From an uncultured Candidatus Saccharibacteria bacterium (GTDB taxonomy: Bacteria > Patescibacteriota > UBA1384 > CAILIB01), in NCBI GenBank assembly GCA_964593885.1, contig CAZQKK010000001.1, positions 361,929-425,928 of the forward strand: a stretch of 64,000 nucleotides of DNA. The letters run 5' to 3'. Both the position numbers and the translations under genes were made by a program. Every line of letters starts with the position of its first letter. Within the stretch, counting starts at the first letter, position 1. The notes beneath the pieces were generated by a model, which saw only the letters and a program-made list of their open reading frames with translations, was not told the DNA's origin and made no database searches. This document shows positions 46,601 through 57,284 of this stretch, piece by piece.

Positions 46601-48127
46601 CTATGGTTTCTTTACGTACTGCACTTTGATCCGGCTTGGGAAGTGTTTGGGGTGGGCGTAGGTGTGAAACTTGACCCGCGGCTTTGCTCGCTTGGGGAAG
46701 GTATCGCTCAAGACCTTAAACTCAGCGTTCATCTCCCTGATTGTCTCGTAGATGATTTTCCTGATTCTCGTATGGGTTCTACGGTCAAGGTTTGCACCTT
46801 TCTTCAGCTCTAGTCTCAGGGAGAGGTACTGGTCATGGGAGCGATTGTACTCTGTTGCCAAGAGGAACTTTCCTGAAAGGTGGGGGAATACCTCATCGTG
46901 TTCAAGAGCCATCTTGATATTTTCTGGGTAGATGTTGAGTCCGTAGATGGTTGCAGCTGCATTTGTCCTACCAAAGAGGTACACGAAAGGTAGTTTCCAG
47001 TTGAGTGACTTTCTTGGGAGCTTGCTGGTGATGCTATTTTCGGTGTAGCCGTGTTTCTTGAGGATGGCCATTATCTCTCTGTGGGTGTAGGTTCCGCCTC
47101 TATCCTCAATGTTGTAGCGGGTGAGGGGTAGGCCAGCATCTGTGGTGAAGCAGAGCTCATTGTCTTCGGTGGTGGAAACCTGTTTCCAGAAAGGGTAGTA
47201 CTGGTGGAACGAAGGGACGGTTACCCTACCAAAGAGTTCCTTGCAGAGATCTTTATCATCACTTGCCAGTTTCCTAATCAGGATGCTCAAAGGGGTTTCA
47301 TGCCCAAGAATGGCGGCATCAGCCGAGCCGTAGGTGTTTACCGATGAGGTGAGGTAGCGTTCTTCTGGAACCCCAGCGCTCTTGTAGAGGTGGTTTCGCC
47401 ACTTCTCGCTGTAGGCTTCGCCCCCAGAAATGAAGTGCATATTGTATTTTTCCCAGTTGATACCGAGTATCTTTCCCTCATCAATAATATCTTTTGCCAG
47501 GGGTGGGTAGGCGCAGAGGACAATTTGGTCGAAGCTATCGCCAATTTTCTGAACAATCTTGAGGACATCATCTTTGTTGATACCAGGAGTAATGACGGTT
47601 AGCGGGTAGCCTTTCTTGGCGATGGTAATGCAGCTGTTGAGGGTGAAGGTTCCCGCAACGTAGAGACCCATGGAGTAGGCGTTGATGACGAGAGTTTTTT
47701 TGTGTTCGAGGTTAAAAAACTCTCTGAATAGAATCTCGTACGCGAGTGACGTTTCCGTTTCCAACTTGTCGCCCCGTGGCCAGAACTGTGGCTCACCAGA
47801 TGATCCTGAGCTTGTTGAGAGCATTACCGCATCAACCTCTCCATCCCAGCTGAGCTCTTTCAGGGTGTACTGCTTGATGTAGTTTTCTTTTGTGGTTGGA
47901 GGAACCTTCAGGAAGTCATCGTAGGTAACGATACTCTTTGGGTCTACTCCATTTCTTGCGAGGAAGTCTCGGTAGGCTGGAACCCGCTTAGCCATTGCAT
48001 GAAACAGATCAACTGCCTGTGCCTCTTCCTGTTTCTTGAGGTTAGCTGAACTACGCCAGCTGAATGACGAAATGAGGTTAATAACCTTGAGGTGTTTTTT
48101 CCGAGGAAGAGCATCTGAGAACGACAT
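46601..48127 (-). CDS. Adenylate-forming enzyme, PaaK/coenzyme-F390-synthetase-like (ANL superfamily).
   Basis: P-loop-like LSTSSGSSGEP and ISGGEAYSE motifs. Confidence 0.65.
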   Translation of the reverse strand: MSFSDALPRKKHLKVINLISSFSWRSSANLKKQEEAQAVDLFHAMAKRVPAYRDFLARNGVDPKSIVTYDDFLKVPPTTKENYIKQYTLKELSWDGEVDAVMLSTSSGSSGEPQFWPRGDKLETETSLAYEILFREFFNLEHKKTLVINAYSMGLYVAGTFTLNSCITIAKKGYPLTVITPGINKDDVLKIVQKIGDSFDQIVLCAYPPLAKDIIDEGKILGINWEKYNMHFISGGEAYSEKWRNHLYKSAGVPEERYLTSSVNTYGSADAAILGHETPLSILIRKLASDDKDLCKELFGRVTVPSFHQYYPFWKQVSTTEDNELCFTTDAGLPLTRYNIEDRGGTYTHREIMAILKKHGYTENSITSKLPRKSLNWKLPFVYLFGRTNAAATIYGLNIYPENIKMALEHDEVFPHLSGKFLLATEYNRSHDQYLSLRLELKKGANLDRRTHTRIRKIIYETIREMNAEFKVLSDTFPKRAKPRVKFHTYAHPKHFPSRIKVQYVKKP

Positions 48128-48182
48128 AGGTACATCATAGAATAATCTGTTCGCACCTGCTAGCCTGTGCTACTATTCTTTC

Positions 48183-49262
48183 ATGCATCGTCATAAGAAG
48201 TACCTCATTCTCGGTGGGGCAGGGTTAGTTGGGAGTACCTTCGCGCGTGCTGTTGCCAAGCACGGGGCAACTGTTGTGGTGGTTGACCTCCCAAGTAAGC
48301 TATCTGAGACTGAGTTCCCAAAAGTGGTGAAGAAGGTTGAAGCAGATATTCTCGTGCCCGGGTTTCTGGATAAGCTAGTGCAGAAAGAGGAGCCAAGCGT
48401 CATCCTCAATACGGTGAACCTGGCAACCATTTTCTCGGGGAACGAAGGTGAGGGCTACAACTCGCTCATCTCTTTCTACACCAGGTTGTACGAGGTACTC
48501 TCTCACGTAACCACACCACTCCACTACGTTCAGGTAGGAACCACAGGATCGGGTGGTCTTGGGTTCAACATTCCCTTCACCCACGGTGAGAACCTTGAGC
48601 ATCGGCCAATTATTCACAAGGCAGCATTTTCAGGGATCACATCACAGCTCTTGGTGATGCTCTCGCGCTCATTTCCAGAAGGAAACGTGAGGGTTTCAGA
48701 GTTAAAGCCTGGGCTTGCCATCTTTGACGACACCTTCCACCAATCAAAGATTGCAGGAGCTAACTGCGTCACCCTTGATGGCGGCGAGAGCGGGCACTAC
48801 ACCTACAACGAGGTTGCCCTCCTCATGAAAATGATGGGCTTCACCACCGCCTCAATGGTGGTAGAGAAAATCATCGGAATCATCACCAGTGAGAAGGGCT
48901 TCAGCCACGCCAACGGCTACGATCTCACTGCTGCCATGAACCGAGCAATTGTTTCTGAGGGGAGAAGCGATAGCGCTAAGCGGAAGAAGATTCTCGATGA
49001 GATGAAGAAACGACAGGGGACTTACAACGTGATTGCAACCGGTAACCTGGGACCACGTAGCATTACGGCAGCCCTCCTCCAGGCGTACATGCGTCTCAAC
49101 GGGGTAACGATGATGGATCCAGATCCATCGGTGAGGGCAACCCTCGCGTACCTGGCACAGAAGGATATCGCTCTCGCAGAGTACGTTGAGAAGTGCTGCC
49201 AGCAGCTCCCACCAATCGAGAGTTCTCGTGAGCAGCGAGAGCCATGGCAACTAGTGATGTAG
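48183..49262 (+). CDS. NAD(P)-binding Rossmann-fold protein, function unknown.
   Basis: ILGGAGLVGS dinucleotide-binding motif at the N-terminus. Confidence 0.5.
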   Translation: MHRHKKYLILGGAGLVGSTFARAVAKHGATVVVVDLPSKLSETEFPKVVKKVEADILVPGFLDKLVQKEEPSVILNTVNLATIFSGNEGEGYNSLISFYTRLYEVLSHVTTPLHYVQVGTTGSGGLGFNIPFTHGENLEHRPIIHKAAFSGITSQLLVMLSRSFPEGNVRVSELKPGLAIFDDTFHQSKIAGANCVTLDGGESGHYTYNEVALLMKMMGFTTASMVVEKIIGIITSEKGFSHANGYDLTAAMNRAIVSEGRSDSAKRKKILDEMKKRQGTYNVIATGNLGPRSITAALLQAYMRLNGVTMMDPDPSVRATLAYLAQKDIALAEYVEKCCQQLPPIESSREQREPWQLVM

Positions 49263-49263
49263 C

Positions 49264-49725
49264 ATGAAACGTTTCGACGACTTCGATCCAGAGGATCTCG
49301 AGGACCCAGATAGCAAGCGGCTAGGAAAAACCGGCCGCAAGCTGCTCAAACAGGCGCGCGCTGAAAACTTCAGGTGCCAGCACTGTGGGTTTGACGTACC
49401 TATGCAGGCGGTTGGCTCAACCCAGCGCAACCACTGCCCGCGCTGCCTCTGGTCTCGCCACGTGGATGAGGAGGTTGGTGATAGGCGTGCTACCTGCCTA
49501 GCTTCCATGGAGCCCATTGCACTTTCGCTCAAATCAAACGGGGGCGAACTGATGCTCGTGCACCGCTGCTGTGGGTGCGGGAAGGTGGGGAGGAACCGTC
49601 TTTCTGGTGATGACGATACCAAGGTGGTAGAGGAGGTATTTGGAGCATCGCTCCACACTCATGATTTGCCAGGCGGGATTGAGTACCTACGCGACGCCGA
49701 GGAGCTCAGGCGGCAGTTGGGCTAG
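49264..49725 (+). CDS. RNHCP domain-containing Cys-rich (Zn-binding) protein.
   Basis: RNHCPRCLWSRH motif plus additional CxxC pairs. Confidence 0.6.
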   Translation: MKRFDDFDPEDLEDPDSKRLGKTGRKLLKQARAENFRCQHCGFDVPMQAVGSTQRNHCPRCLWSRHVDEEVGDRRATCLASMEPIALSLKSNGGELMLVHRCCGCGKVGRNRLSGDDDTKVVEEVFGASLHTHDLPGGIEYLRDAEELRRQLG

Positions 49726-50139
49726 ATCTTGGTTTGCCTGTTCTAAAAGTTTTCTGGCTGAGGCGAAGGTGAGCTGCTGGTAGCATGGGGCAAAGGGCAG
49801 CCACTTAGCGTCCTTCACCTCTTCATCTTGGAGGGTCAGCTCTTTGGATGGGATGATGCCGAGGAAAAAGTCTACCTGCTTCACAATTGGCACACCTCCG
49901 TCGCCGGTAAACTGGTAGGTGACGCTGTACTCGCAGTTTGGAATGAGTTTACAGCTTTCAACACCAGTCTCTTCTTGGAGCTCTCTTAGAGCTGCACGCT
50001 TTGGGTCTTCACCATCTTCTGGGTGACCTTTGGGAAAATCCCAGTGTCCTCCAGTGAGGTTTTGGATGGTTAAAAAGTGAGCCTCTCCTGAGGCTTCTAG
50101 GTGGAAGGGAATGATTCCGTATGAGTGATCGTGCTGCAT
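49687..50139 (-). CDS. NUDIX hydrolase.
   Basis: Nudix box GHWDFPKGHPEDGEDPKRAALRELQEETGV. Confidence 0.8.
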   Translation of the reverse strand: MQHDHSYGIIPFHLEASGEAHFLTIQNLTGGHWDFPKGHPEDGEDPKRAALRELQEETGVESCKLIPNCEYSVTYQFTGDGGVPIVKQVDFFLGIIPSKELTLQDEEVKDAKWLPFAPCYQQLTFASARKLLEQANQDLAQLPPELLGVA

Positions 50140-50201
50140 ACTTCCACTCTAGCATTGCCAGGTTGAGACTGCTACCATGACAGGAGACTAATTCACCTCC
50201 T

Positions 50202-51170
50202 ATGGCAGCAAAACGCTTGGTTACTGGCATCCGTCCAACTGGGGATATTCACCTTGGTAACTACTTTGCGGCCATTAAACCCACGGTGGCGCTGCAAGAT
50301 GCTTACGAGTGTTTCATTTTTGTTGCCGATCTCCATGCCCTCAACCAAGTTTCTGATCCAGTAGTCCTCAATAAGGCAATCTTGGAGATTACCAAGGCCT
50401 ACCTTGCCGCCGGTCTTAACCCAGAGAAGGTCCACCTCTTCCAGCAGTCAGCTCTCCCTCACCCAGAGCTTGCCTGGATGGTTGGTGCACAGGTTGGTAT
50501 TGGGGTGCTTGAGCGGGCACACGCTTTTAAAGACTCGGTTGCCAACGGGAGCGATATCAACTTTGGCCTATTTAGCTACCCTGTGCTCATGGCCGCAGAT
50601 ATCCTGATGTACCAGGCTGAGGTAGTACCTGTTGGGAAAGATCAACAGCAGCACGTTGAGTTTGCAAGAGACTGGGCTGAGCGGTTCAATAACCTGTACG
50701 GTCAGACATTTACCCTACCAAAAGCCATCCACCCTGAGGGCATTGAGACGGTACCCGGTATTGATGGGCGAAAGATGAGCAAGCGTTACGATAACGTTAT
50801 TGGCCTCTTTGATAGCGCTGAGGTACTCGAGAAGAAGATCATGAGAATTACCACAGACTCAAAGCGCCCAGAAGAGCCAAAGGATAGTAACGATGTTATC
50901 GCTCAGCTCTTCACCCTCGTTGCCTCAGAAGAGAGCTCACGCTCGTTTACCGAGAGGTACACCTCAGGCGGCATGGGCTACAAGGAGGCCAAGGAGCTCC
51001 TCTTGGGAGCTGTGGTTGAGTTCCTTCGCCCTATCCAGGAGCGCAAAGCCTCACTAGATCAGAACGAACAAGAGGTGAGAGATATCCTCCACAGAGGAGC
51101 AGAAGCGGCGCGCAAGGTGGCAGCTGAAACTATCGCTGAAGCTCGTCAACACTTGGGACTGGTAATCTAG
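50202..51170 (+). CDS. trpS: Tryptophan--tRNA ligase.
   Basis: Class I HIGH-type HLGN motif, KMSKR motif, and a length of about 322 aa. Confidence 0.9.
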   Translation: MAAKRLVTGIRPTGDIHLGNYFAAIKPTVALQDAYECFIFVADLHALNQVSDPVVLNKAILEITKAYLAAGLNPEKVHLFQQSALPHPELAWMVGAQVGIGVLERAHAFKDSVANGSDINFGLFSYPVLMAADILMYQAEVVPVGKDQQQHVEFARDWAERFNNLYGQTFTLPKAIHPEGIETVPGIDGRKMSKRYDNVIGLFDSAEVLEKKIMRITTDSKRPEEPKDSNDVIAQLFTLVASEESSRSFTERYTSGGMGYKEAKELLLGAVVEFLRPIQERKASLDQNEQEVRDILHRGAEAARKVAAETIAEARQHLGLVI

Positions 51171-51174
51171 ATTC

Positions 51175-52581
51175 ATGGCAGATCAGAAGAAAACATCACG
51201 GCGAGACGCCTCAAGCCAGGACAGCTCTCCTCGCCCTGTTTTGGCGGGGAGAATTCCTCCACAGAACCTTGATGCTGAGGTTTCTACCCTAGGCTCCCTC
51301 CTCCTAGATCCTGAGGCGGTGATGAAGGTGGCAGATTCCCTGCACGCTGAGGATTTCTACATGCCCGAGCACCAGATGATCTACGAGGCAATGCTCGCCC
51401 TCTTCGAGAAGCGTACCCCTATTGATCTCCTCACCGTTAGTGAGGAGCTCACCAACCAGAAGCGTCTCGATATTGCGGGTGGTCCTGCTAAGATCTCGTC
51501 ACTGGTGAGCGCTGTTGCTAGCGCAACCAACGTTTCCTACTACGCCCAGATTATTAGGCAGAAATCGCTCCTACGAAAGCTCATTGGGGCAGCAAACCAG
51601 ATTGGGGATCTAGCGTACCAGGAGGACAGAACCTCGGAGGAGATTTTGGATGAAGCCGAGAGGAACCTCTTCAACGTAACCCAGCGCTACCTCAAGCAGA
51701 ACTTCGTCTCAATCAGGAGCGTCCTTGATGACAGCTTTGAGCGGCTTGGCATGCTGGCAAAGAACGATGGTTCGCTTCGCGGGATTCCTACAGGGTTTAG
51801 CCAGTTGGATAGGCTCATGGGTGGCCTGCAGCGTTCTGATTTGGTGATTATCGCCGCCCGTCCTTCCATGGGAAAAACAACCTTTGCCCTCAACATTGCT
51901 GAGGCAGTTGCTCTTGAGGGGAAGACGGTGGGTATCTTCTCTCTCGAGATGGCAAAAGAGCAGCTGGTTGATAAGCTGGTTTCTTCAATTGGGCGAGTAG
52001 ACTCCTGGAAGCTACGTAACGGCCAGCTGAGCGAAATTGACATGGGCAACCTGATTCAGGCCCAGGCTCAACTAGCTGAAGTGCCACTCTTCATTGACGA
52101 TGCTGGAATGGCAACGGTTATGGAGGTACGAGCAAAAGCTAGGAGGCTGCAGGCTGAGCACGGCCTGGATCTGATTGTGATTGACTACCTCCAGCTCATG
52201 TCGGGCTCGGGGAGGGCTAGCCAGGACAACCGTGTGCAGGAGGTCTCAGAGATCTCACGCTCCTTGAAGGCGCTTGCTAAGGAGCTCAACTGCCCGGTAG
52301 TGGCTCTGTCGCAGCTCTCACGTGCTGTAGAGGCCAGGAACGACAAGCGACCAATGCTCTCAGACCTTAGGGAATCAGGATCCATTGAGCAGGACGCAGA
52401 TGTGGTAATGTTCCTCTACCGTGATGACTACTACAACAAGAACAAGGAAGAGCACGATCACCTCGTAGAAATCATCGTTTCTAAGCACCGTAACGGACCA
52501 ACAGGGGACGTAAAGCTCTCTACTCAGTTGCAGTACAGCCGTTTCTACGACCTAGACCTGAGGAATCAACAGCAAGGGTAG
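51175..52581 (+). CDS. dnaB: Replicative DNA helicase DnaB.
   Basis: N-terminal PPQNLDAEVSTLGSLL and Walker A ARPSMGKTTFALN. Confidence 0.9.
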   Translation: MADQKKTSRRDASSQDSSPRPVLAGRIPPQNLDAEVSTLGSLLLDPEAVMKVADSLHAEDFYMPEHQMIYEAMLALFEKRTPIDLLTVSEELTNQKRLDIAGGPAKISSLVSAVASATNVSYYAQIIRQKSLLRKLIGAANQIGDLAYQEDRTSEEILDEAERNLFNVTQRYLKQNFVSIRSVLDDSFERLGMLAKNDGSLRGIPTGFSQLDRLMGGLQRSDLVIIAARPSMGKTTFALNIAEAVALEGKTVGIFSLEMAKEQLVDKLVSSIGRVDSWKLRNGQLSEIDMGNLIQAQAQLAEVPLFIDDAGMATVMEVRAKARRLQAEHGLDLIVIDYLQLMSGSGRASQDNRVQEVSEISRSLKALAKELNCPVVALSQLSRAVEARNDKRPMLSDLRESGSIEQDADVVMFLYRDDYYNKNKEEHDHLVEIIVSKHRNGPTGDVKLSTQLQYSRFYDLDLRNQQQG

Positions 52582-52677
52582 AGGGGCGATGTATATGCCC
52601 CAAAAAGTAAATATTTGAGAAAGTGGCACTGGTGGCTTTTTTCGCCCATAGGCAGCCTCCCAACAGGTTACAACTGA

Positions 52678-52706
52678 TTGACCTAGAGCCTAAAAAATCA
52701 TATAAT
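52678..52706 (+). promoter_or_regulatory. Consensus sigma70-type promoter.
   Basis: TTGACC - 17 nt - TATAAT. Confidence 0.6.
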
Positions 52707-52713
52707 GATTGCG

Positions 52714-52980
52714 TTGAGAGGTTACACATATAGCGCCTCTCAAAAGTTCCGCACCACAAAACAAAAAGAAATTAATAGTTTTGTACCTTTACTAGCGGAG
52801 CGAACGTCAGGATGCCTGCCATCCTAAGTAAGACTCAATGTTTTGTTTGGAATAAGCAAGACACCTGGCGAGTCATCAAGCAGTCTACACGCAACGGTTT
52901 ATACACACACAGACCCGAGCGTCCTAATATGTAGACTGCTTTTTGTTTTACCTGAGAAGCCCTACGGAGGGGCTTTTTTT
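52714..52980 (+). ncRNA. Candidate structured sRNA, or riboswitch/attenuator leader, ending in tandem intrinsic terminators.
   Basis: Downstream of the consensus promoter there are internal hairpins (GAGAGG..CTCTC, GGATG..CATCC), a 12-bp stem (52878-52889 with 52930-52941) plus TTTTTG, and AGCCC-tacggag-GGGCT plus T7 (52956-52980). No protein-like ORF. Confidence 0.4.
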
Positions 52981-53044
52981 GGTACCAGGTAGGGGCAAAG
53001 TGTGCTACTGTTTCACTAATTGGCCTTTGTCAATTTGAGTTGAT

Positions 53045-53944
53045 ATGAAGCAAGAACCTGATGTCTTTACCCCAGATGAGGGGGAAGTTCACTTTCCCTT
53101 TGTGTGGTTTGTCGTTTCGGTGGTGGTGAATCTCGCCGCTGCCATCTATCTCTACTGGCTATGGGCAAACAAGGCCTTAACGGCCGAGTACGTCATGCCA
53201 AGCTACAGTGTCCTTGGCTGGACGGTTGTCTTGGGGCTGCCACTGAGCCTCTTTGAGTACCTCTACCACAGGTACCTCTTACACCACCCAACCCTTCCTT
53301 ACCTTGAGCGCATGTGCAATTCACACAAGAACCACCATGGGCTCACCAACGTCACTACCAGTGTCAAAAAGGCGGAAGGCGGTCTGGTTCCGGTAGATAA
53401 CCGGTACCCGATTGAATGCAAAGAGCAAGAGGCATCAATGCACTTCCCGCTGTACAGCATGGTAATCTTCCACGGTGTCTTCGGGATTCTCTTGGCCCTG
53501 CCGCTTAAGCTGATCTTCCCAGGTCAGCCGATACTCCTAGCCACCATCACCGCGGTAACGGTGTACTTCGTTTGGTACGAAGTCTGGCACATGGTTCAGC
53601 ACCTTCCGTACTCCAAGTACTGGGAGCCTCTGCTGGCCAGGTCAGCCATTATCAGGAGGGTCTACAACTTCCACCTGGTGCACCACTTTAGGCAGAACAT
53701 GAACATGGCCGTGGTGGGCTTCTACGGATTCGCCATCTGGGACCACGTGTTCAGGACCTGCTACCGCATGGCAAAGCTGCCCGTGAAGGGTGCTCGCGTC
53801 CCGCTTGGGGATGCAATTAGCAAGCTGGAACCCCGTTGGCCAATCAGCATGGTAGATAGCTGGAAGGCACCGATGCAACGCTGGTCACGAAGGGTAGAGG
53901 AGAGGACGAGGAAACTCTTCGGCATCAAAAAGACGGCTCTCTGA
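53045..53944 (+). CDS. Fatty acid hydroxylase / sterol desaturase superfamily membrane enzyme.
   Basis: His boxes HRYLLHH, HKNHH and HLVHH in a 4-TM protein. Confidence 0.75.
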   Translation: MKQEPDVFTPDEGEVHFPFVWFVVSVVVNLAAAIYLYWLWANKALTAEYVMPSYSVLGWTVVLGLPLSLFEYLYHRYLLHHPTLPYLERMCNSHKNHHGLTNVTTSVKKAEGGLVPVDNRYPIECKEQEASMHFPLYSMVIFHGVFGILLALPLKLIFPGQPILLATITAVTVYFVWYEVWHMVQHLPYSKYWEPLLARSAIIRRVYNFHLVHHFRQNMNMAVVGFYGFAIWDHVFRTCYRMAKLPVKGARVPLGDAISKLEPRWPISMVDSWKAPMQRWSRRVEERTRKLFGIKKTAL

Positions 53945-54059
53945 GCATGTTCAAGCTCCTCAACTCACATTCCCTTACCACCCGCTCTGGGTGGTTTTTT
54001 TGTGGGTTGTAACCTGTAGGTAGGTTGACATTATCAGTGGATTATGCTAGGTTGGTTGC

Positions 54060-54323
54060 GTGATGACTGCTACTGGAATGACGCCAACTGGTTCTGCGAT
54101 TTACAATAAGCTTCAGGGAAGGGTCCGCGAAATCCGCGCTGGCGGAGACGCTGAGACAGCTGCTCGTTTGAGTAGCGATATCGCGGCCATTCTGGCCGAG
54201 TTTCCTGGGGTTAGAGGAGAAATGGCACTTGTTCATTTCGATCGGTACTTCGAGACTGACGGCCAGTTCCTTAGGGAACAGGTCACATCCTTCAGGATGA
54301 TCAAACTGGTTGTACACGCCTAA
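54060..54323 (+). CDS. Hypothetical small protein.
   Basis: ORF followed by the terminator AAGCCTCCC-gcg-GGAGGCTTTTTT (54343-54370). Confidence 0.4.
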   Translation: MMTATGMTPTGSAIYNKLQGRVREIRAGGDAETAARLSSDIAAILAEFPGVRGEMALVHFDRYFETDGQFLREQVTSFRMIKLVVHA

Positions 54324-54389
54324 CGCGTGCTCACCTCAAATTCAAAAGCCTCCCGCGGGAGGCTTTTTTCGTACCTGTAACACCGCGTT

Positions 54390-54809
54390 TTACGCTGCTA
54401 GTCTGTTCTCTGCGTTGGCAAATTGCTCTGGGTTGGTTACCGTCATGCCGTGAGAGTTTACCTCTGGTCCACCCTCAAGTTGGGTGCGCATAATTTGGTC
54501 ATAGAGTGCGCGATCTGCTTCCATTCTGGAAACTACAGAGGCTGCAGCGTTTGCTCGCGCCTTTGCCTCTAGTTCCTTAATCTCAGCTGGTGAGAACTTT
54601 TCAAGCATGAGCTTCTGCATCTCTTCGTCAACGAGACGAGCTGCCTCTCCTCTGCTCTTGCCTTCACCAACGTGAGTTTCAAAGCTGTCAGCTGCCGATT
54701 CTCTGACCACAGCAACTTCATCAGGACTGGCGCTTCCACCCATAATAGTGTCGGCCACACCTTGGGCGACGGTTGTATCTACGAGTACTGCAGGTTGCTC
54801 TAGAGGCAT
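54390..54809 (-). CDS. Hypothetical protein (140 aa, helical/charged).
   Basis: Internal ATG at 54809; the longer ORF would overlap the groES promoter and coding region on the opposite strand. Confidence 0.4.
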   Translation of the reverse strand: MPLEQPAVLVDTTVAQGVADTIMGGSASPDEVAVVRESAADSFETHVGEGKSRGEAARLVDEEMQKLMLEKFSPAEIKELEAKARANAAASVVSRMEADRALYDQIMRTQLEGGPEVNSHGMTVTNPEQFANAENRLAA

Positions 54810-54888
54810 ATAACTCTCACTTACTTGTGTAACCAGTATAGGTGCAGGAGTGTCACAAGCGCAAGCGATGGTTTCATTACGTTTCAAC

Positions 54889-54928
54889 AGGTTAAATGTC
54901 AAGTATACTTGACATTTTTTTTGAGGCT
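54889..54928 (+). promoter_or_regulatory. groESL promoter with a 16-bp perfect palindromic operator overlapping the -35 box.
   Basis: GTCAAGTATACTTGAC (54889-54904); TTGACA (54900-54905), 17 nt, then TAACGT (54923-54928). No CIRCE element is visible. Confidence 0.5.
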
Positions 54929-54972
54929 CAGTAACGTGAGAAGCGAAAGATTTAGCCGTAACCAGTACTGCT

Positions 54973-56906
<1,934 letters not shown>

Positions 56907-56927
56907 CTCATGTAAGTTACGGGACGA

Positions 56928-56960
56928 AGAAAACCAGGTTAGAGTGACCTGGTTTTCTTG
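56928..56960 (+). terminator. Intrinsic terminator after groEL.
   Basis: GAAAACCAGGT-tagagtg-ACCTGGTTTTC. Confidence 0.6.
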
Positions 56961-57004
56961 ATGTGGCGGAAGTTTTTTGCTAGGTTACCAGTGTTAGGTG
57001 CTAC

Positions 57005-57232
57005 ATGCATGGGAAAGATGGAGAAAGCATTGAAGACCTTCTAGGTCTTGAGAACCCCTCGTCAACTGAAATGATGCCAGCAGCCTGGTACGGTGCTGGA
57101 GAGCCAAGCTACTTTGGCAGGATTGGCCTCGGGCTACTTGCTCTGGGGACGGTGCTTGCCATTGGGGCAGTTGCAGTACTCCACGCTAGAGAAAAGCGTT
57201 CGAAACAGGATTCCGATTTTACGGGAATCTAA
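57005..57232 (+). CDS. Small membrane protein, hypothetical.
   Basis: One TM helix; followed by a bidirectional terminator (57237-57266). Confidence 0.35.
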   Translation: MHGKDGESIEDLLGLENPSSTEMMPAAWYGAGEPSYFGRIGLGLLALGTVLAIGAVAVLHAREKRSKQDSDFTGI

Positions 57233-57284
57233 ATCACAAAACCAGGTTTTCACCTGGTTTTTTTCGTCCCGTTTCTGAACGTAG

